NCBI GenBank assembly: GCA_965644295.1
Contig: CBFFRP010000650.1
Span: 1-9,796, forward strand
DNA length: 9,796 bases
Direction of reading: 5' to 3'
DNA from: Paraphysomonas bandaiensis
Taxonomy: Eukaryota > Protista > Chrysophyceae
Shown: positions 1 through 6,660 of the stretch, piece by piece
Position numbering within the stretch: position 1 is the stretch's first letter
Layout: the number at the start of each line of letters is the position of its first letter
Notes under the pieces: model-generated
What the model saw: the letters and a program-made list of their open reading frames with translations, nothing else
Database searches by the model: none
What the model was told of the DNA's origin: nothing
Made by a program: the position numbers and the translations under genes

Positions 1-2
1 AG

Positions 3-1166
3 TGGTCGGCGATCGACAAAATACTAGGCGGCACAAACTACAACGTTGTCACAACTGAGGTCACACATCTCATCGACGAATTCCTCACTGCCGGCCAATG
101 GCAATAATGGAGAAGATATGACAAATTCCTCCACACCGACTGCGGACCCATGCTAGGGGACGTCACCGAACTCCAACACCAATGGGACTTCCAACAATAT
201 ATCCTCACGCGGGACGGCACGTACCCCACAAGTGCATGCCGAGACTCGCAGTACTGGACACGCAGCGGCACCAGGCTCCCACACAGACTTCACCCCCTCA
301 AGACCAATAATTCTTCCAAATGCTATGTCCCATTCCATGACCGCATCCGCGAAACCGCATACGTCTAGGATAAATCCTACGCAATGGGCAGAAATAGAGC
401 CAAGGGCAAACATGGAGACGAACTCACAACAGCAGCCAAATGTACAGACTGTGACCACAATTTGGACATCATGGCGCATATGCTCCTCCAATGTCCACAC
501 CCTGAGATCGCCCAAATACGTGAACATGCCTTCCACACACAACAAACCCAGCTTACCAAACTCCATGGGCAACGACAACCCATCCCCTGGCTCCACACTG
601 CCCTACAAAGAATGGCGAGGGCTGCCTGGGATCCCACCACACCCCAAGTTGAGAGATACTGGACCGGACAACTAACAGCCTCGCAACTGGCAAATGTTTT
701 CGGACACAACATCTCCACCTCGCTACACGACCATCAGTTCCATAAGCTCGAAAAATCCGTCACCAAAGTTCTGCTCCCACTCTACAATGGAGGACTCAAC
801 ATGCTCAAAAACAGAGGCTGTAGATTTCACAGTACAGATGCGACAACAATGACACCACCCTTGACTCATGCCAGCGTACAACCACGTCGCACATACCCCA
901 CCACCAACCCGACGATCCTCCAACTACTTAAAGTAACATCCACCCCCAGAGCCGTGCCCCACACGAGACCTCGTCCTCAACGCAGGCCTGCCCACCCGAT
1001 CCGGAGGCAGACAACACTCATTTCCGACAGAACCCCAACCACAACTAGTAATCCCGAAACCCCCGCTGGCACACATTCACAGAATGCCACGTCACCCCCC
1101 GCACACCGGCTCGCATGCGGATCTGGGACACTAGACACACTCCCCAAAGGAAGACCACCAGACTAA
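3..1166 (+). pseudogene. Disrupted C-terminal part of retrotransposon polyprotein (post-RNase H region, CCHC knuckle, P/T/R-rich tail, TLPKGRPPD end)
   Basis: Frame 3 reads WSAIDKILGGTNYNVVTTEVTHLIDEFLTAGQWQ*WRRYDKF... and aligns with copy B. In-frame stops occur at 105-107 (extra TAA codon relative to copy B) and 366-368 (TAG where copy B has Trp). ORFs 150..368 and 384..1166 are pieces of this frame. Confidence 0.85.
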
Positions 1167-1173
1167 ACTTAAA

Positions 1174-1226
1174 ACAAGGGATGGTTGCACCAAGGTGCTT
1201 GCAGCAATGCACAAGAAGTCCCGAGA
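1174..1226 (+). other. Conserved, putatively structured 3'-UTR motif of the retroelement (copy A)
   Basis: ACAAGGGATGGTTGCACCAAGGTGCTTGCAGCAATGCACAAGAAGTCCCGAGA is almost identical in all three elements. Pairings seen by eye: GGGAT/GTCCC, GCAC/GTGC and TGCA-GCAA-TGCA. Confidence 0.7.
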
Positions 1227-1346
1227 CAACTGAGCATTCCATAATCTGTGTTACCACTACTAGTCTAGAGTAATAGATAGATAAATGCAACAAGTTCTCT
1301 CATGTAATAATCAGATCTTTTATATGTGCCATTTGAAGCCATGGCC

Positions 1347-1976
1347 GATATTGTCCCAGATGGTACTGGTGCCTCTCTTCCTGAAACATCTGATGCCAAT
1401 TATACTGTTATAACTGCCGTCGTGGTGTATCATCCGAAGTCATTACTGATATTGTCCTAGATGGTTCTCGTCCTGAAACATCTGATGCCATTTCTACTGT
1501 TATTGCTGCCGTCGTGTGTCGTCTGAATTCATTACTGATATTGTCGCAAATGGTACTGTTGCCTCTCGTCCTGAACCATCTGATGCCATTTCTACTGTTA
1601 TAACTGCCGTGGTGTATCATCCGAAGTCATTACTGATATTGTCCTAGATGGTTCTCGTCCTGAAACATCTGATACCATTTCAACTGTTATTGCTGCCGTC
1701 GTGTGTTGTCTGAATTCATTACTGATATTGTCTCAGATGATACTGATGGTTCTCGTCGTCTTGAAACAACTGATGCCATTTCTACTGTTATTGCTGCCGT
1801 CGTGTGTTGTCCGAGTCTATGACACACAAGAAAGCGAGAGATGGGGCAAGTAACTTAAGCTGCTTCTTCTCGTCTTCTTGTGTGTCCATCCTGAATATAT
1901 TGTCGCAAATGGTACTTGTGCCTCTCGTCCTGAACAATCTGATGCCATTTCTACTGTTGTTGCTGCCGTCGTGGTG
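1347..1976. repeat. Imperfect tandem array, 6 units of about 89-101 bp, with A-B-A-B higher-order structure
   Basis: Units begin (G)ATATTGTC at 1347, 1448, 1537, 1635, 1724 and 1896 and share the core CCTGAAACATCTGATGCCATTTCTACTGTTATTGCTGCCGTCGTG. Units 1/3 share diagnostic variants (TATCATCCGAAGTC), as do units 2/4 (TCTGAATTC). Confidence 0.95.
1819..1889. repeat. Inverted repeat / hairpin interrupting the tandem array
   Basis: GACACACAAGAA (1821-1832) pairs perfectly with TTCTTGTGTGTC (1875-1886). The pairing extends imperfectly inward (CGAGA/TCTCG). Confidence 0.8.
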
Positions 1977-2372
1977 AATGACGTGGTTCCTAACTCACAG
2001 TGCTACAACATCATAACTTTACTATATCTTCTATAATATCAATCAGTCAATATTGCACTAACTATAAGCTTAAGTTAGTATTACCAGGCCCTGGAATCAA
2101 TGAATCTTAATAAAAGTGAGATCGATTATATTTTATAATTCAAGTATTGAGTGCATAATCGTTCAGTTATTTATAAGCTTAAACCATCATGTCAAAATCT
2201 GATAAATATTTTTTGAAGTAAGTGTTGTGATTTATAATTGTTCACATTAGGAAAAAATAAAACACTTCAGATCAATGCAGCAATATGAAGAAACAACTAC
2301 CTTTAATAAAAGTGAATATTGACCCACTAACGGCACAATATTTTCCATCCATGAGCTTGGACTTTTCACTTT

Positions 2373-3813
2373 TCATCCGAATTGAAGTGCACCTTGCCGA
2401 CAAGGTAGTGAAGGAGTAGTGACACTATATTGGCGCAAAATACCCTGCATGACAAGTTGTAAAATATAGGGACATATATTAATACCCTGCATGACAAATT
2501 GTAAAATATAGGGACATATATTTAATACTTGCCACAAGTACAGAGGGTGATGTAGTGGATAATGAAGGTGAAGATGACGCACTGAGACGGCGTTTGATGA
2601 ACTCCTGAGTCGCAGTGAAATAACAGACGCGATACCGAGTAAAACACTCACTTTGATTACTTTAGTTGGCGACGTGGCGTTTCTCGCAGCCGCAGCTTCG
2701 TCTGATGACGAAAATGAAATCGGGGGCAACGTGAGAGCACGCGGCAAGATGCGGCTAGCTGGAAGTGCCATCGTCAGAGAGCGCAGTCGCACGTGAGCAA
2801 CTTCCTTGGCTGTAACTATTAGACCGAAACACTATGTGTAGCAATCAAAATCGGTACATACATTCGATAACAACGATATCCTCTACTAACTCTGCTAGCA
2901 CAGCAACTCCAACCTTTATTAAGACGTCGTTTTTTCGATCCGTTCCACAAAGAATAATGTCCTGGATAAGTTCACAAGCCTCCGCGCATAGGGATAAGGT
3001 AAAACAGGCGGTAAACCATTCTACCGCATAGTAGTGTAGAGAAAGACCTAGGGACTCGAGGTGCCGGAACGGCACAACAGCGACAGGATGTCTGCTTAAC
3101 TCATGCGAAAACACCTCCAAATATTGCTCCAACAGGCCATACGAAGATGACGGTGCCCGTAAGTAGAGAGCTTCGAATGCATTTTCTACAAGGAAGCACC
3201 TGTGGTAAGCAGCGCATGCATAGGTTCCAACCGATAATTCAAGATCATCTAAGCATTCAGCTAAATCATGCGAGGCAGTTTCAAAGGCATGATAAAAGTA
3301 AAGTACGCAGGATGCTGCAACAAAAGACATGCCTTGTGAATACCAACCACCTAAGAGTACTGTCGAAACACAGAGAACCCGGCAGAGAATCGATTTCAGT
3401 GCACATTGACGTTCTTTACAGCTGAGCACGTTTTCACATCGCTTGCATTTTCGAGCAAACACATCAAAGGTTCGCGGTACATCTATCCATATTCTGTACC
3501 TGGCACCAGCTTTTATACTTGACAAAACATGACATCTATCGAAACGCCGAAAAAATTTATCTGAGTCATCATGTTCAAGTGTAAACCACTCGGTTGGAAT
3601 GTCAAATGCCATCATTTGATAAATACTTCTCAAGTCAAGTGTAGCACTCACTTCGGTATGTAAGTAATGTTCATATGCATTTGAATTTCGGGATATATAG
3701 TCTGCTTCCATGTGCAAAGAGTCGCAGCCTTTCCATTGCTTAATAAATAACTCCCACCTCGCTCGGCGCCAAGAGTTGAGCAAATCAACGGGGGCGGGGG
3801 CATAGAGCTGCAT
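2373..3813 (-). CDS. Rab GTPase-activating protein, TBC domain; inferred exons 3813-2862, 2815-2652, 2604-2533 and 2486 (or 2444)-2373; true 5' end uncertain
   Basis: ORF 2845..3816 carries the TBC signatures IWIDVPRTF (IxxDxxR arginine finger), YSQGMSFVAA (YxQ glutamine finger) and YAVEWFTACFT. Inferred introns 2861-2816 (GTATGT..TAG, 46 nt), 2651-2605 (GTGAGT..CAG, 47 nt) and 2532-2487 (GCAAGT..CAG, 46 nt) keep the frame open to TGA at 2375-2373, giving about 433 aa. The domain call is firm; the 3' exon structure is inference. Confidence 0.88.
2439..2522. repeat. 42-bp tandem duplication (2 copies, 1 mismatch) covering the inferred last intron acceptor of the TBC gene
   Basis: AATACCCTGCATGACAA(G/A)TTGTAAAATATAGGGACATATATT occurs at 2439 and 2481. 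Confidence 0.95.
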
Positions 3814-4310
3814 CACAGTTTGACTACAGTGAGTAATATAATACCAAAGTCCTTATAATCCATATATTCAAATCACTCCGCAATATATGCACATGTGATG
3901 GGCGAGCTCATTACTCAGCCCGCTGCTAGGTGTGAGTACATCTGCCTAAACTATATTTCCTTCGTATACTTGTTTCCTATTTTAAGTATTATTCAATCTG
4001 GACAAAGTCCACACCACCATTATTAATATGTCACTCATAAGGGCGAGTTGATATAGTGGAAGGAGTTCGGTGCTGTATATCGAATTTGAAATACCTCGAA
4101 ATACGTACTCCAGTATACAGAATTTACACACACTCATCAATAAAGTAAAAAAATTCCAAGTTGGTTGTGATTTGTTTTTTCAAGTTGTTGCATCCCACCT
4201 GCTTTGTATACGGAGCGGCGACGTGAAATTGCTGTTGGTGGTGCAATTTACAACACTCCAATCACCAATATTATTATATAGCTCGTGAGTGACTATTGAT
4301 GTCCTGTAAA

Positions 4311-4592
4311 ATGTCTGAAGTTATTCCTTCTGAACTTAGACTATCCAAAAAATGGGATGTGTGTGCTGAGAGGATGTTTATTCATGTTGCCACAGGAGCT
4401 GTTGTCGCTGGACTTGCTTCTGTCGTTCTCTTCCGTAAGTATATTATATATTATAAACATATTTAATATGGAAAGACAGGGACAAGTTCAGGTCGGGCAA
4501 AGGGCACTTTGTTTGGGATTGGGGTTGGTGTGGGTAATGCATGGGCGAAGTGCTCTATGGATTTTCAACAGGAAAAGCAGGACAGCACATAG
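4311..4592 (+). CDS. MIC10: MICOS complex subunit Mic10 (78 aa); exons 4311-4434 and 4480-4592
   Basis: Missed by the ORF track because of a 45-nt intron (4435-4479, GTAAGT..CAG). The spliced product MSEVIPSELRLSKKWDVCAERMFIHVATGAVVAGLASVVLFRTSSGRAKGTLFGIGVGVGNAWAKCSMDFQQEKQDST has the KWD motif, two hydrophobic segments with a short basic loop, GxGxGxG and a C..DF ending, all characteristic of Mic10. Confidence 0.92.
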
Positions 4593-5099
4593 CGTAGCAA
4601 TAACAATATATATTCTGTTGCGAAAAATATTTCACTTAATAATATAATGACGGACTGTATTTCAAGTACTATGTAACTTCTGTGAAACATGGAACAATTG
4701 TACAGTCGAACTCTCGAATTGCGATTATATATACATGCTGTTAATATCTGTTTCATGACAGTGGTGGTACTCATGTTTCCCAGTACTCGTTATTCAACCT
4801 CGTGTCTGCTGTGTTGTTGTGCATGTCTCTAAATTGTTAGAGCAATATTTAATATTAATGATGGTAAAAAATGTATGTAGTACCTGTGTATATCGTATAT
4901 CGTCACCATGGAGTCGTGACAATAGCTATATGCCTACTTACCAAAGCTATAAGCAATTTCTCAATTAAAATTCCACTCTATTGCGAATAATTTCTAAGTG
5001 CTATCTTTGATTTCCAGACCTCTATATTAATTAATAATTAATACCAATTTATCATTCTAATTAGAAGTAACGTGTAATTGTATGGGATCTATTTTTCGA

Positions 5100-5247
5100 C
5101 CTAGTCAATTTAGTGGAATTTCCTAGTCACCCCAATATTGGTGTAAAAACCTAATCAAAAGGTTGAAAAGCCTAGTCATTAAATAATTAAATTTTTAACT
5201 TTACAATGACTAGGTTGAGTAGGTGGAAGAGGGTATTCACCTAGTCA
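5100..5247. repeat. Cluster of CCTAGTCA motifs, including a 10-bp inverted repeat
   Basis: CCTAGTCA at 5100, 5122, 5171 and 5240; CCTAATCA at 5150; reverse copy TGACTAGG at 5207. CCTAGTCATT (5171-5180) is the reverse complement of AATGACTAGG (5205-5214). Confidence 0.8.
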
Positions 5248-6113
5248 AACTTGGGAGCATAGTCTAGCAAACGTTGCATGCATGCAATGTACATCATATA
5301 TTTCAGCATCGTATCTTAGGATTGACAAATATCTCATCAGGGGCATCAGAGAGCCGACGCTGCCATCGAAACACTTTCTCGCTCTTGTATACCAGCACCA
5401 ATCCAAGCATATACATATCTCCAGGTACTCGAATTATTATGCAAGGACTGCTGCAAATTCTTTCAGGCATAATGGCGCTTCACAATAACGTTTCCTGACG
5501 ATAAAATTAAGATATGTACAGGACAATATATATCTCGTACACACCTCGCAAATAATGTGCACCTAGCCAACAGTGTAACGCAGTTGCACAGAGAAAAAAT
5601 GTAGTAGGGGGCAATTGCCCCACAACCGAGGACAGATGTAGTACTGAGGTACCTATAACACAATGATTAGTACTCACAAGATTGTATATATATACACTAG
5701 ACAAAATATTTCTCGCACATACCTCGCAAGTGATATACAACCGAGGACATGCATAAGTAAATTATAAAACCAATCCATGCGCTTGCAATTCAGAGGACCT
5801 GAATCCACGACAGCACAATGGCCCATGAGACAGTGTACAGGTCACAACCACTGCAGTGTATAGCTCACAATCAGAGCATCAAGTGTCTATTGAGGGAGAC
5901 TGCCAGTGATCCATCCCGTGGCAGAGAGATTAAAGGGCTCCACTGTACAGTCCACTCTACTGGAGAGGGAGTCCATTTCAGTGATGTTTCTACAAATACA
6001 CAGACTTTGTGACATCATGAAAACCCCTCGTTTTTCTTAATCGGTCTGAAAACATGGGGTATTCATGCCCTCCTGGAAGCCAATGCAATCGCTCATTCAA
6101 CAACTCGCTTGTT

Positions 6114-6143
6114 GTGAAGTGAGGTGAAGTGAAGTGAAGTGAA
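6114..6143. repeat. (GTGAA)6 pentanucleotide microsatellite with one variant unit
   Basis: GTGAA GTGAG GTGAA GTGAA GTGAA GTGAA read directly from the sequence. Confidence 0.9.
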
Positions 6144-6600
6144 GGAAGATAAGCGATCTCACTCATAGCGTATGAAGAGCTCCAGGTGTCTGAATATTCA
6201 TGGGGTTATGTCCACAGCGCAGCTTCACTGACCACTCCTCCTCCTCATAACACTGATAAGGGATCATCGTACACTAATAAGCTATACAGATGCTGCATAC
6301 ACATACACTGTTAAGTAGATATATGCATATATATGAATTAATTGCTATGTTTGTTGTGCTGCTCTCCGAGCCATCAATATGTTGTGTGGTGTGTGCGCGT
6401 ATCTTAGACAGTCACAATGTGTAATCAATGGATATCAGAACGACTAGGTTTAATACTATAATTGGCTAGGTTGAGTCATTTATTGCTTGGACTTGGTTTT
6501 TACATATATAAAGATCTGATTATTACATGAGAGAACTACTTTGTTTTTAGCTATCTACGACTTTAGACTAGTGGTATCAAAGTTGCTAAAAACTGAGTTG

Positions 6601-6653
6601 TCTCGGGACTGCTTGTGCATTGCTGCGAGCACCTTGGTGCAACCATCCCTTGT
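6601..6653 (-). other. Conserved, putatively structured 3'-UTR motif (copy B)
   Basis: Reverse complement reads ACAAGGGATGGTTGCACCAAGGTGCTCGCAGCAATGCACAAGCAGTCCCGAGA, with 2 differences from copy A. Confidence 0.7.
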
Positions 6654-6660
6654 GTTGGGC

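Larger units (their letters stand above)
1..1327 (+). mobile_element. Non-LTR retrotransposon (LINE-like) copy A, 3' portion; 5' part lies outside the window
   Basis: Homologous along its length to 6502-7830 on the - strand. Encodes a CX2CX8HX4C knuckle (CTDCDHNLDIMAHMLLQC, 441-494) typical of non-LTR ORF2 C-termini. Homology to the other copies ends at ...GTAATAATCAGATCTTTTATATGT (1327). Confidence 0.85.

Noticed and set aside
38-923. Alternate-frame and antisense ORFs over copy A (38..271, 153..596, 232..675, 377..718, 723..923), and likewise those over 7193-8040 and 8352-9521
   Set aside because: Shadow ORFs of the retroelement frame in compositionally biased sequence. Conservation between copies follows the main frame.
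1116-1166. 2A-like ribosomal skipping peptide
   Set aside because: Lacks the D(V/I)ExNPGP consensus and lies directly before a stop codon.
1174-1226. Hammerhead or HDV-like ribozyme, or tRNA-derived SINE head
   Set aside because: No CUGAnGA/GAAA core, no convincing HDV double-pseudoknot and no A/B boxes. Kept only as an unclassified structured motif.
1347-1976. CRISPR array
   Set aside because: Whole units are homologous with no unique spacers, the context is eukaryotic with introns, and there are no cas genes.
2040-2320. AT-rich short repeats (TTAATAAAAGTGA twice, TATAAGCTTA twice), and AT palindromes near 5025-5066
   Set aside because: Plausibly chance matches in very AT-rich sequence; no larger structure seen.
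2373-2792. 139-aa ORF as an independent gene
   Set aside because: Better explained as downstream TBC exons plus unspliced introns; it begins at a GTG inside exon 2.
4357-4647. 96-aa ORF 4357..4647 (and 4070..4288, 4565..4774)
   Set aside because: 4357..4647 is an off-frame read-through of the MIC10 exons and intron. The other two have no recognisable features.
4701-4720. TA-CAGTCGAACTCTCG resembling the start of a pogo/Tc1-type terminal inverted repeat
   Set aside because: No matching inverted partner found in the window; too short to support.
5274-6012. Short ORFs (64-77 aa) in the intergenic region
   Set aside because: No recognisable motifs and no consistent splice pattern; several lack ATG starts.
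6114-6250. (TTCAC)n as the 3' tail of another retroposon on the - strand
   Set aside because: No recognisable element body or TSD is adjacent; reported only as a microsatellite.
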